Position numbers and translations under genes: made by a program. From Flavobacteriales bacterium (GTDB lineage Bacteria > Bacteroidota > Bacteroidia > Palsa-965): a DNA stretch of 64,000 bases. Shown here piece after piece: positions 21,055 to 30,533 of this stretch; the stretch's first letter is position 1, and each line of letters starts with the position of its first letter. Location of the stretch: positions 100,339 through 164,338 of the forward strand of contig JBEIPA010000012.1 of the NCBI GenBank assembly GCA_040377305.1, written 5' to 3'. Under the pieces are notes generated by a model, which worked only from the letters and a program-made list of their open reading frames with translations, was not told the DNA's origin and did no database searches.

Positions 21055-22653
21055 CTACTTCTTCTTATCCTGCTCAATCCTACGGTTTAACACATTCCTC
21101 AATCCATGCGGATCCACACGCTTGCCGATGATCTTTTTGTTCTTGTCCATCAGGTACAGTGTTGGAGTAGAGAAGACGTCGTAATAGAATTTTGCATTCC
21201 CTAATTCCTGTGCATTCTTCGCGTGAACATCTTTCCACGTGTGTTTGTGCTCCTTGATGTAAGTTCTCCAGGTTGCATCTCTGTTCAATGGATCGTGCTC
21301 CGATAAAACAGCATACACTTCGATAGAAACACCGGCGGCCTTGAGTGAGTCGTAATAAATTTTCAATTCCGGAATTTCCACTTTGCAGTGACTGCAGGTC
21401 GGATCCCAGAAAATAACAATGGTATAGTCCGCGTTAATTTTTGCCAGCTCTACAACGCGCTCGTTTGAATCCAGGAAGAACAAATTAACCGCCTGAGAGC
21501 CGATGAGTGTATATCTCAGTTTATTCGCGCGATCTACAATTTTCTTGTTGATTTCCTCTGTGAGCCACCATGCCTTGCGCTTCACGTGATTGCTGTCTAC
21601 AATGGCAACAAACACCGCATCGAAGCCCATAATTTTTGACGATTCAAAGTGGTAGGTGAGATAGCTCAGCGTATAACGGTACAAATCGTCAGATTGCTCT
21701 GTTTGTTTGAGCAACCAATTCATATTCACTCCAAGTGTATCCGGGTGCTGAGGAACGACTTTCTCTACCCAGAATTTCATTTTGTTGTAGTAGACCGGAG
21801 TGCGCAACAAACGCTCGTCTGTCCAGTCCATGCCATCCCAATAATGATTGCGGTAATTCCAATAATTGAATGTACTGTCAATAGTGCCATCAGCTTTGCG
21901 CGGACATTTATCATAAGGAACTGTTTCCGGCTCTTCCATGAACTTCAACACCTTCGTCATGAACATATCAGGATATTTCTTCTGATAATCTTTCTTGTAC
22001 TGCTTTACTGCACTGTCAATTCCAGTGATCTTCTTGGTCATCAATGCCACTGAATCCTTGTTGCCACTTGCTTTCGCTTTATCCAAAGCCTGACGGTATG
22101 GTTCAACTTTCATTCCCTGCTCATTCATGAAACGCTGATGCTCGTAGAATGCAACATTCTCTTTCGATCCCTCAACTTTGATCGTCTCAACAATTTTCAA
22201 AGTATCAGGAACATCAACTTTGAATTTCTGTTCTTCTGCAAGAATAATTTCGAAGTGACGCTTGCTCGGCAATACAACCAGGTAAATTCCTCCCGGTGCT
22301 GCAGAGTCGGCCTGAAATACACAATTGCCTTTTGCATCTATGTCGGCCGTGTCGAGTACACGGTTTTGATTCGCATAATAATGTGCAAGCAGAACTTTAC
22401 CAGATGTGAGCTGATTGAAGTGGAGAGTAAGCGCAAGATTCTGCTGCTTCGGACTTACCGGATAATGTTTGCCGGGAGCATTTCCAACTGGCTTCTGCAA
22501 CGCAGGATCTTCCGGAGAAACTTTAGCTGCAGGTTTAGCTGGAGATGCAGGAACCGGAACCGGTTTAGGAGGAGCAGGTTTTGGCGTTGGTGTTTGTGCA
22601 ATCAAACCCACGCTTAATACAATTGCAGATGCAACAAGGAAAAGGTGCTTCAT
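21055..22653 (-). CDS. TlpA/ResA-like thiol-disulfide oxidoreductase (thioredoxin fold) with a long N-terminal domain.
   Basis: The signal peptide is MKHLFLVASAIVLSVG, followed by a Pro-rich linker. The C-terminal thioredoxin fold carries a C-x-x-C active site, WDPTCSHCK. Confidence 0.7.
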   Translation of the reverse strand: MKHLFLVASAIVLSVGLIAQTPTPKPAPPKPVPVPASPAKPAAKVSPEDPALQKPVGNAPGKHYPVSPKQQNLALTLHFNQLTSGKVLLAHYYANQNRVLDTADIDAKGNCVFQADSAAPGGIYLVVLPSKRHFEIILAEEQKFKVDVPDTLKIVETIKVEGSKENVAFYEHQRFMNEQGMKVEPYRQALDKAKASGNKDSVALMTKKITGIDSAVKQYKKDYQKKYPDMFMTKVLKFMEEPETVPYDKCPRKADGTIDSTFNYWNYRNHYWDGMDWTDERLLRTPVYYNKMKFWVEKVVPQHPDTLGVNMNWLLKQTEQSDDLYRYTLSYLTYHFESSKIMGFDAVFVAIVDSNHVKRKAWWLTEEINKKIVDRANKLRYTLIGSQAVNLFFLDSNERVVELAKINADYTIVIFWDPTCSHCKVEIPELKIYYDSLKAAGVSIEVYAVLSEHDPLNRDATWRTYIKEHKHTWKDVHAKNAQELGNAKFYYDVFSTPTLYLMDKNKKIIGKRVDPHGLRNVLNRRIEQDKKK

Positions 22654-22707
22654 AAGTCCGGTAAAAATAAAGTATTTGCCTGCCGAATGCCTCAAAAACC
22701 AGACCAA

Positions 22708-23913
22708 TTAACGGTTTTTAGCGAGGCGCAGAACATTTTTTCTGACACTCAAGTAATTGAATATCAGGAAAAAGGCTAGGAGGCATACAGCGAGCAGGAG
22801 AATTTTCAGGTCAATTCCATTCTGTAAAGAGAAGCCTCTATCCTTGGCAATTCCTTTTGCAGCGAGCTTGATGAAGTAAACCCCGAACATGCCGGCAGTG
22901 ATTAACCCGGTGAACAGCACGAAGTAGTACTTCATGTACGTTGCAATCAATTTGCGCGGACTATATCCGATGAAAACCAACGTTTGAATTTCATACGAAG
23001 ACTTCGCAATGACAAGCTGCGAATACAAAATGAAAACCATCAGTGCGAGGAAAATGATGATGGTTCCAATCACAACACAAATGCTCATGATTGTATTCAG
23101 CACGGAATTCAACATGGAGTTACGCAAACTCTCCTGACTTGTTTCGTAACCGTTCTCTTCGAAGTAGTCAATGAGCTGTGAAGTTGCGGGACCATCACTT
23201 TTGATGATAACGCGACTGGATGCGCTTGTTCCCGGATCTATGTCAGCGTATTCCTTATTCGCATAGTCCATGAACGCCTGAGGAACGAGTATCGTGTTAA
23301 GACGCTCCGATAAACCGACAATCTTACCCTGATAGTTTACTTTGCCGTCGGGTGTTGTTAATGTAATGTTGAATTCCAGAATCCCAACCATGTTCTCCGG
23401 AATTGGTGGCATATTCTGCGTTGGCGCAAATCCAAAATTGTACAGATTGATGTAGTTTTTCGGAATAAGAATTGGAATGACAGTTGAACCTGGAGTCCAT
23501 TTCCATTTATCTGATGCAACATCAACAAATCCATCAGGAACAGCTTCAAAAAATGCCTGTGAATTTCCACTTAATCCCGGAAGTCCTTCCATCCCGGAAA
23601 TGGATCCACTCACTTCAAAGTGACTCGCTGTAAGCGGAGCAACATCGACAACACCTTGAATGGATTTCAGTTGTGTTATTTCTTCTGCATCAAAACCTTT
23701 TTGTCCACCGAACAACGTATTGATGACGCTTACCTGTTTGTTGATCGTGAAATATTGTGCCGCATTCAGATCGCTGTTGCCATTGATTACTTTGTCGAAG
23801 TCAATGTACAACTGCAGTGAACTCAGCAACAAGATAATTCCTGCCATAGATCCCGCAACTCCTGCAATGAGGAAGGACAATTTCTGATGAGAGAACAACA
23901 GCTTCCGTACCAT
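22708..23913 (-). CDS. FtsX-like ABC transporter permease
   Basis: One N-terminal TM, a large extracytoplasmic domain and three C-terminal TM helices give the FtsX/MacB-type architecture. The ATG overlaps the stop of the upstream ATPase gene by 1 nt. Confidence 0.7.
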   Translation of the reverse strand: MVRKLLFSHQKLSFLIAGVAGSMAGIILLLSSLQLYIDFDKVINGNSDLNAAQYFTINKQVSVINTLFGGQKGFDAEEITQLKSIQGVVDVAPLTASHFEVSGSISGMEGLPGLSGNSQAFFEAVPDGFVDVASDKWKWTPGSTVIPILIPKNYINLYNFGFAPTQNMPPIPENMVGILEFNITLTTPDGKVNYQGKIVGLSERLNTILVPQAFMDYANKEYADIDPGTSASSRVIIKSDGPATSQLIDYFEENGYETSQESLRNSMLNSVLNTIMSICVVIGTIIIFLALMVFILYSQLVIAKSSYEIQTLVFIGYSPRKLIATYMKYYFVLFTGLITAGMFGVYFIKLAAKGIAKDRGFSLQNGIDLKILLLAVCLLAFFLIFNYLSVRKNVLRLAKNR

Positions 23914-24554
23914 CAGATTGAAATTTTGGTGGTGAATGGAAACAGATCATTCGGACCAAGACTCGTCATGAGTAATCCGGCGTTGTTCTTTTTGCAGCGA
24001 TCCATCACGAGCTCTACCACTTTGCGTGAGTTGTTGTCGTCGAGATGACTGAATGGTTCGTCTAGCAGCAAATAAGAAAATGGTTGCGCCATTGCACGAA
24101 TTAATGCAACGCGTTGTTGTTGTCCGAGAGAAAGTTTTCCGCAAGGTGCATCCATGCGATGATCAACACCGAGATGTTTCGCCATCTCGCGGATTTCACT
24201 TTCGCTAACAGACGGATTCAGATCGTTCTTCAAAATCACATTCTGCATCGCAGTGAGCGAAGGAAACAAACGCAGATCCTGAAACACAACTGAAATTTTA
24301 TCGCGACGGATTTCTCCCCATTTCTCGACATCGAAAGTGCGGATGTCATCGTTGTCCATGAACACGTGACCATCGTAATCGCGGCGCACGCCATAGAGAA
24401 TGGAAAGCAATGTCGTTTTTCCGGTTCCGGATGGAGCTTCGGCAATGGTAAACGTGCTGCAGTCAATGTCAACGTCTTTTCTCCACAAAGAATATTCCGA
24501 CAGAGGGCTGTCAGCTAAAGGAATGGGAATGACATTGTCGAGACGAAACTTCAC
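23913..24554 (-). CDS. ABC transporter ATP-binding protein
   Basis: Walker A APSGTGKTT, the signature LSLGQQQRV, and Walker B LLLDEPFSHLD. It is short at 213 aa. A GTG start overlaps the upstream gene stop by 4 nt. Confidence 0.8.
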   Translation of the reverse strand: MKFRLDNVIPIPLADSPLSEYSLWRKDVDIDCSTFTIAEAPSGTGKTTLLSILYGVRRDYDGHVFMDNDDIRTFDVEKWGEIRRDKISVVFQDLRLFPSLTAMQNVILKNDLNPSVSESEIREMAKHLGVDHRMDAPCGKLSLGQQQRVALIRAMAQPFSYLLLDEPFSHLDDNNSRKVVELVMDRCKKNNAGLLMTSLGPNDLFPFTTKISI

Positions 24555-26140
24555 TTGGGCTGCAGAAATTGAATGATGCGCATGAGTGAATTGTCTTGTC
24601 CGTCTTTCATCACAAAACGAAATGTGGAAGTCGTTGGCGTTGATTCGTAACGCACCGTTTTCAGAATTCCTGATAGCGCAACATAACCCGCAAGATCTGC
24701 AGCATCCAGCAAGGGAGATTCAGGAGCGAGCAGGAGAGGAGGTAAATGTTCTTTTTCGAAATCCATATACAGCGCGAATGACTGCAATGGAATTTGTTTC
24801 GCGTACGTATCCGGAAGTTTACCGCTGAGCTTAGTTTCTTTCGCAAGCGTTTCTGCCGTGAGATAATCATTGGTGATCACCATCTGAGTAGGAGTGATGG
24901 CCGCATACACAACGAGTTCAACGCCGGGCGCCGCCCAGAAATTTTCTCCCATTTTCTTCATGCCGATCATGGTCAGGACATCTGTCGCTTCATTCGCATC
25001 CGTTATTCCCATTGCGATTGTCGTTACGGGAACTTCGATGGAAATTCCTTCCAGCATATTTGACATCATATCAGCAGCAATTCCATCGAGTGGTCCCATC
25101 ATGGCGCTCATTTCCTGCTGTACACGGGGATCGGTCGTCACAATGTTTTTGTAGTCGGAAACAGCAACAACAACACTTCCGGTAAAGAGTTTAGCCATCT
25201 GATCATTCGTCAAGCCGAGTGAACCGGTCAGCATATCAACGTTCTGTTGCATTGCAGGATCTGTGCCGGCTGAACCAAGAAGATTTTTCACATCCAGATT
25301 CAACGACAGAAACAGCAGCGGATCTTTTGTTCCCAACGCAGCAAGATCACTCGCCGGAGGACCAGCAGCTTTGAAGATTGACGGTTGCGTAGATTTTGGC
25401 GCAACATATTCCGTAACAATTTCATCCTGCTCAAAGCGAAGAAAGAACTGACTGTTTCCTTCTGCCATGCCAATCATTGCAAGCGGAGAAGTTTCCTGAT
25501 TAAGTACTTTCAAACGTTCGTTGTTCGTCCACAAACCCGCATCAAACTTCTTCGCGTTGAAATTCGAAAAGGATGTGTCTTCTTTGATCGATTCTTTTGC
25601 TGTTTGACCGAACAGTTCTTCCGTGTATGCGCGAACGTCTACTTCGCTGGTAGAAATGAATAAAGCCGCCTCCTTGTTCCATGCAATACCACGATTATCA
25701 TCAATGTCGATGTAATTGCAGGAGCCAATATCTTCCACCGTACGATCAGGAAACATCTTCGAAGCGAAATCGGTAAAGTCGCCTTTGTCTTGAACAGAGA
25801 CAACGAGTGCAGAAACAGTTCCGCCTTTTTCTTTCTCAACGAAGCCGTAGAAATTCTGAATCGGATCAATGCCCGTCGACAGAGGATCAGTCATGATGTT
25901 CACCAAAAAATCCGGAATGTCGTTCACTGCATCCTGTGCGGGCTTCAGCGACTCGAGTTTCGACAAATCAACCTTCGAAGCAATTTCAAGATTGTGAATC
26001 GAGAACACCGCAGAAGCTTCTTTCGGAATATACTTCAGGTGCGCATCGTCTGTATGAGAGTTAAACCAGAACCACGCGAATACAGCTACGCCGGCTATCA
26101 AGATACCGGAGAACAACAGAATCTTTGATGTCTTACTCAT
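24551..26140 (-). CDS. Membrane-anchored hypothetical protein of 529 aa, first gene of the ABC/FtsX operon.
   Basis: N-terminal TM ILLFSGILIAGVAVFAWFWF. No recognised motif. It is tightly coupled to the downstream ATPase and permease. Confidence 0.5.
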   Translation of the reverse strand: MSKTSKILLFSGILIAGVAVFAWFWFNSHTDDAHLKYIPKEASAVFSIHNLEIASKVDLSKLESLKPAQDAVNDIPDFLVNIMTDPLSTGIDPIQNFYGFVEKEKGGTVSALVVSVQDKGDFTDFASKMFPDRTVEDIGSCNYIDIDDNRGIAWNKEAALFISTSEVDVRAYTEELFGQTAKESIKEDTSFSNFNAKKFDAGLWTNNERLKVLNQETSPLAMIGMAEGNSQFFLRFEQDEIVTEYVAPKSTQPSIFKAAGPPASDLAALGTKDPLLFLSLNLDVKNLLGSAGTDPAMQQNVDMLTGSLGLTNDQMAKLFTGSVVVAVSDYKNIVTTDPRVQQEMSAMMGPLDGIAADMMSNMLEGISIEVPVTTIAMGITDANEATDVLTMIGMKKMGENFWAAPGVELVVYAAITPTQMVITNDYLTAETLAKETKLSGKLPDTYAKQIPLQSFALYMDFEKEHLPPLLLAPESPLLDAADLAGYVALSGILKTVRYESTPTTSTFRFVMKDGQDNSLMRIIQFLQPK

Positions 26141-26143
26141 GAT

Positions 26144-27430
26144 TTAATTTCTTTTATGCTGTGATGGTCCTTTGTTGTTTCCACCACCACCACGTGGGGA
26201 GTCTTTCGAACCGGGTTTGCGTCCACGACCGGAGAATTTCTTGTTTCCGCCTTTTCCTCCACCACCGCCAGAACGACTTGCACTATTGTAAACCGGAGTT
26301 TCTCCAAGCTCAGCCGGAACAACGCCTTTGGTTACTTCATATCCAATCAACTTCTCAATGCTACCGAACTTGCGCATATCATCCGGTGAAACGAATGTTA
26401 CTGCTTCGCCTTTTGTTTCAGCACGTGCAGTTCGTCCAACGCGGTGAATGTAATCTTCTCCGTCTGCCGGCACATCGTAATTGATGACCATGCTGATATT
26501 CTCAATATCGATTCCGCGTGAAAGCACGTCTGTAGCTACGAGAATTTGCAGTTGACGGTTTCTAAACTTCAAAAGAACTTCTTCGCGTTCATTTTGTTCG
26601 AGATCGGAATGAATAGCTGCGATGTTTAATCCCAGTTTCTTCAGTTCTTTCTCCATGTTCTTCACATTCTGCTTTGTCGACGAGAAAATGATGACGCTCA
26701 CCAATGCAGTATCTTTCAGAATATGCATAAGCACCGGAACTTTCTGCGCATCGTAAACACAATAAGCTGTCTGTTTAATTCCGGCTGCAGGTTTTGAAAT
26801 TGCAATGTTCACCTCTGCTGGATTTCTCAGCAACGTATTGGCCATCTGACGAATGCGTGAAGGCATGGTCGCAGAAAACAAAACGGTTTGCTTGTCCTTC
26901 GGAAGAAATCCGTTAATGCGCATAATGTCTTCGAAGAATCCCATGTCGAGCATACGATCGGCTTCGTCCAGAATTAAAGTGTTCAGTCCTGCAGTGTTGA
27001 CGTAACCAAGATTCAGGTGAGAAAGCAAACGTCCGGGAGTGGCAATGATGATATCGCATCCTGTTGTCAGTGCTTTCTTCTCGCGATCGAAATCTTCGCC
27101 TTTTCCTCCGCCGTAAACAGCAATACTGCTGATGCCGCAATAGTAGGCGAATCCTGTCAAGGCCTGATCGATCTGCAAAGCAAGTTCGCGTGTCGGAGCC
27201 ACAATCAAAGCCTGGATTCCGTTACGGTCGCCACGCAGAATTTTATTCATGAGTGGCAACAAGTACGCAGCCGTTTTTCCGGTTCCTGTTTGAGCGCAAC
27301 CAATAAGATCGCGGTTCTCTATGAGATAGGGTATTGCTAATTCCTGAATGGGTGTAGCCTGTGTGTAACCCATCGCATCAATGCCATCAAGCACTGAATC
27401 GTCCAGGTCAAAGTCGTGAAATAATTGCAT
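26144..27430 (-). CDS. rhlE: DEAD-box ATP-dependent RNA helicase
   Basis: Q-motif, AQTGTGKT, DEAD, SAT and HRVGRTARA are present. The C-terminal tail is rich in Gly, Arg and Lys. Confidence 0.9.
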   Translation of the reverse strand: MQLFHDFDLDDSVLDGIDAMGYTQATPIQELAIPYLIENRDLIGCAQTGTGKTAAYLLPLMNKILRGDRNGIQALIVAPTRELALQIDQALTGFAYYCGISSIAVYGGGKGEDFDREKKALTTGCDIIIATPGRLLSHLNLGYVNTAGLNTLILDEADRMLDMGFFEDIMRINGFLPKDKQTVLFSATMPSRIRQMANTLLRNPAEVNIAISKPAAGIKQTAYCVYDAQKVPVLMHILKDTALVSVIIFSSTKQNVKNMEKELKKLGLNIAAIHSDLEQNEREEVLLKFRNRQLQILVATDVLSRGIDIENISMVINYDVPADGEDYIHRVGRTARAETKGEAVTFVSPDDMRKFGSIEKLIGYEVTKGVVPAELGETPVYNSASRSGGGGGKGGNKKFSGRGRKPGSKDSPRGGGGNNKGPSQHKRN

Positions 27431-27655
27431 TATGTTTTATGTACTCGGTATTAGGGGATTCGGAATCCGGGTTGTTTTTCGCGTGCATCCCGAAAACTGA
27501 TGGGAGAGAAGAAAACAACCGGAATTACTCCGAATCACGTCTCGCAGCACTGGCATGAAGATACTAAACAAAATGCCTGTTTTGGGTAGATATTCACTTA
27601 AATATTGTATGCTTTTGTTGAGATTATTTACATTAGGCGAATAATACTCACATGT

Positions 27656-28726
27656 ATGATTCAATCACTTTTGGTTCGAGGTTTAAATGGAAAATTTGAT
27701 TTGGATCTTAAATTCAATGAGGATATAAACTTACTTACAGGTAAGAACGGATCAAGCAAAACCACCTTGCTTAAACTTATTTGGTTTTTAAACGGTGGGC
27801 AATTAAGCCACTTGCTGAATGAGGTGAATTTTGTTTACGCAGAAATCACTACTTCAAAATACAAGGCCGTTATTGAGAGGGAGTCGGACAAAGGAGTTGT
27901 AAAGTTTCAGCTTAATGACCAAAATCCACAAACTTTCGCCGAAGATCAGGCTCGTCGTTCTGGTTGGATGTTGCCAACTCGATTAAGACGCAGTGCTCAA
28001 GAGTTTAATCAATTTTCAGTACCAACCATTTTCTTTCCAACCTTCAGAAGAATTGAAGGTGGTTTTACAATGGATGGTGCGCGATCTGAGGGGCCGTATG
28101 ATACAAGTATGATTAAAACAGCACTTACCCAGTTGTCAAACTCTCTATCAAAGAATAATCAGAGGTTTGTAGCATCAATATCTACAGATGATTTGGTTTC
28201 ACTAATAACCAAAGAGTATGCTGCTATTACACAGATTATAAATACAATTCAGCAGCGGCATTCGGAGTTAATTATTAATAAAATAAAATCTCGAATTGAG
28301 AACGCTGATGCTCTATTAGAATCTATCCAGAAGGAAATTGAAGAAACAGAAAAGACCAGGCTAGATTTGTTTAAACCCTTCACTGTATTGGCTGAACTTG
28401 TAAAAAGCATTTTCCAGTACAAAGGTATTGCTCTAAGTACTCAGACGTTAGGCGAGGTGGGGGATGCTATTGCGTCAGATAAATTATCAGCTGGTGAGAA
28501 ACAAATGTTGAGTTTTTTGTGTTATAATACTTTCACAAAAAACTCGTCGATTTTTATTGATGAGCCGGAGTTAAGTTTGCATCCTGATTGGCAGCGAATG
28601 TTAGTTCCAACATTGTTGGATCAGGGAAATAACAATCAATTTTTTATGGCGACGCATAGTCCTTTCATTTATGCGAAGTATCCCGACAAAGAGATAATGT
28701 TAGGAAACGATCGAGGTGGAAATTAG
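27656..28726 (+). CDS. ABC-type (AAA_21/AAA_15/OLD-like) ATPase, AriA-like.
   Basis: N-terminal Walker A LLTGKNGSSKTTLLK. A central predicted coiled-coil insertion: NTIQQRHSELIINKIKSRIENADALLESIQKEIEETEKTR. ABC signature LSAGEKQML. Walker B/D-loop IFIDEPELSLHPD. H-loop MATHSP. The ORF-track start at 27605 is a TTG; the first in-frame ATG gives MIQSLLVRGLNGKF. Confidence 0.7.
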   Translation: MIQSLLVRGLNGKFDLDLKFNEDINLLTGKNGSSKTTLLKLIWFLNGGQLSHLLNEVNFVYAEITTSKYKAVIERESDKGVVKFQLNDQNPQTFAEDQARRSGWMLPTRLRRSAQEFNQFSVPTIFFPTFRRIEGGFTMDGARSEGPYDTSMIKTALTQLSNSLSKNNQRFVASISTDDLVSLITKEYAAITQIINTIQQRHSELIINKIKSRIENADALLESIQKEIEETEKTRLDLFKPFTVLAELVKSIFQYKGIALSTQTLGEVGDAIASDKLSAGEKQMLSFLCYNTFTKNSSIFIDEPELSLHPDWQRMLVPTLLDQGNNNQFFMATHSPFIYAKYPDKEIMLGNDRGGN

Positions 28727-28730
28727 AGTT

Positions 28731-29462
28731 ATGGAGATACATTTAACGGTTGAGGAACTCGTACAATACCTTAAAAGATCATCGCTAACGACCATCCTCG
28801 TAGAAGGTAAGGACGATACAATTATATATCGATGGATTGAGGAGGAAGTAGGAATTTCCAAGGTGAATTTTCTGCCATGTGGGGGACGAAATAATTTACT
28901 TCAAGTCTTTGAAAGACGAAGCGAATTTTCTCAAATAAGAACTGTATTTATTGCAGATCAAGATGCATATGTGTATTCTTCTCCTCCGGCACGGTACTCT
29001 GAAATCATTTGGACCGCAGGGTACTCTGTAGAGAATGACCTTTATCAAGGGCGTAGGATAGAAGGAATAATGACGACTAGGGAAGCAGAAGACTTTCAGA
29101 AGGCGCTTGAGAACTTTATACGATATTATGGTTTTGAAGTAGAACAACTTCGGAATAATAATGACTATGACTTAAGTGTTCATCCGTATCATGCGTTGCT
29201 GCCTACACATGATTTGAATCAGGATTTCTTGGATATTAAAGGTTTTGTCGAGCCGAAGCAGGAAACAATTAAGTACTTATTGGACGATTATGATCGACTA
29301 CTGCGCGGGAAATCACTATTCGGACTCCTCGTTCGCTTTTTGAGTGCCCCTCAAAGAGCGGCAAAGTTTAGTAAGATGGCTCTGTGCGAGTTGTGTTACC
29401 GGATGGCAAATAATGGTAATATTGCTCGTATCGTGTCAGAGGTTAATCGCAGAATTGCTTAA
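28731..29462 (+). CDS. DUF4435/TOPRIM-like putative nuclease, AriB-like.
   Basis: ILVEGKDD is a Toprim glutamate motif of the EGxxD type, and FIADQDAY is a Dx(D) motif. An alternative GTG start at 28716 overlaps the ATPase gene by 11 nt. The gene begins 5 nt after, or overlapping, the ATPase stop. Confidence 0.55.
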   Translation: MEIHLTVEELVQYLKRSSLTTILVEGKDDTIIYRWIEEEVGISKVNFLPCGGRNNLLQVFERRSEFSQIRTVFIADQDAYVYSSPPARYSEIIWTAGYSVENDLYQGRRIEGIMTTREAEDFQKALENFIRYYGFEVEQLRNNNDYDLSVHPYHALLPTHDLNQDFLDIKGFVEPKQETIKYLLDDYDRLLRGKSLFGLLVRFLSAPQRAAKFSKMALCELCYRMANNGNIARIVSEVNRRIA

Positions 29463-29541
29463 AATACACGGATGCACAGTTGATGCCGATTCTGCTCAGA
29501 ATTAGCGAACTTAGCCATAACCTTAATCGTACAACAAACCT

Positions 29542-30324
29542 GTGATAGAAAAATACGACCAGATCGGAGTTGGATATAACACCACACGCAAGGTAGATCA
29601 TTACCTGCTGGGTCGTATGATTCACTTCCTGAGAGCAGAAAATACAGGAACGTATCTCGACATCGGATGCGGAACCGGAAACTATACCATTGAATTCAGC
29701 AAACGCGGCGTTCACATGGTGGGCATTGATCCATCGGAAGCGATGTTGAGTATTGCTCGTTCACGCACCAGTACTGTTGAATGGAAGAACGGGAAAGCCG
29801 AGAACATTCCGATGGAAGATGAAAGTGTTGACGGAATTCTGGCTGTGCTCACAACTCATCATTGGACAAATCAGGATAAAGGTTATGCAGATCTTGGTCG
29901 TGTGATGAAGAAAGGAGCGCGACTCGTCATCTTCACTGCAACGCCTGAACAAATGCGGGGCTATTGGCTAAACCATTATTTCCCGACCATGATTCGCGAT
30001 TCGGGAAAACACATGTTGCCCTTTGAAACAATCGAAGCAACACTGAAGAAAGCCGGATTCACAAGCGTGACTTCCGAAAAATATATGGTTACAAACGACT
30101 TACAGGATTTATTCCTTCAGTCGGGCAAACATAATCCGGCGAGTTACCTCGATGAAAATGTCCGTCGCGGAATTTCTTCTTTCGCCACTGCAAAAAATCC
30201 GGATGAGGTAAGCAGCGGACTCAACCAGCTTCGTGAAGACATCGCGACAGGCAAGATTGAAGAGGTGATGAAGAAGTATGAAAGTGAAGTAGGGGATTAT
30301 CTTTTCGTGGCAGCGCAGAAATAA
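29542..30324 (+). CDS. Class I SAM-dependent methyltransferase, small-molecule Methyltransf_11-like.
   Basis: Motif I LDIGCGTGNYT, an acidic post-I residue, and motif II/III DGILAVLTTHHW. No DNA-MTase DPPY/NPPY motif. GTG start. Confidence 0.75.
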   Translation: MIEKYDQIGVGYNTTRKVDHYLLGRMIHFLRAENTGTYLDIGCGTGNYTIEFSKRGVHMVGIDPSEAMLSIARSRTSTVEWKNGKAENIPMEDESVDGILAVLTTHHWTNQDKGYADLGRVMKKGARLVIFTATPEQMRGYWLNHYFPTMIRDSGKHMLPFETIEATLKKAGFTSVTSEKYMVTNDLQDLFLQSGKHNPASYLDENVRRGISSFATAKNPDEVSSGLNQLREDIATGKIEEVMKKYESEVGDYLFVAAQK

Positions 30325-30533
30325 TGTGCTAATGGGTTAATGTGCTAATGGGTTAATGTGCTAGTGTGTTAAAGTCGCAGTAACCAGACTTGTTCTAGTT
30401 CATCCCAGATTGCAATACAAATGGGATCCATTTCAGGGGGATTCCCATCGAGCAAGATAAGTTGATAGTGTTGTACTAATATATGGCCCATCGTTGGTTT
30501 AGCACATTAACCCATTAGCAAATTAGCACATTA
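30323..30533. mobile_element. MITE-like element of ~210 bp with ~35-bp inverted arms. The arms are built from alternating taatgtgc/taatgggt octamers. It sits between two convergent genes.
   Basis: The left arm is taatgtgctaatgggttaatgtgctaatgggttaatgtgcta. The right arm is tagcacattaacccattagcaaattagcacatta, its reverse complement. Both ends abut TAA or TTA stop codons, consistent with TA flanks. Confidence 0.5.

Noticed and set aside
29542-30324. Methyltransferase as the modification half of a restriction-modification system next to the ATPase/TOPRIM pair.
   Set aside because: The motifs are of the small-molecule Methyltransf_11 type (GxGxG, then acidic, then hydrophobic patch). There is no DPPY/NPPY catalytic motif or target-recognition domain, and no adjacent restriction-endonuclease-like gene.
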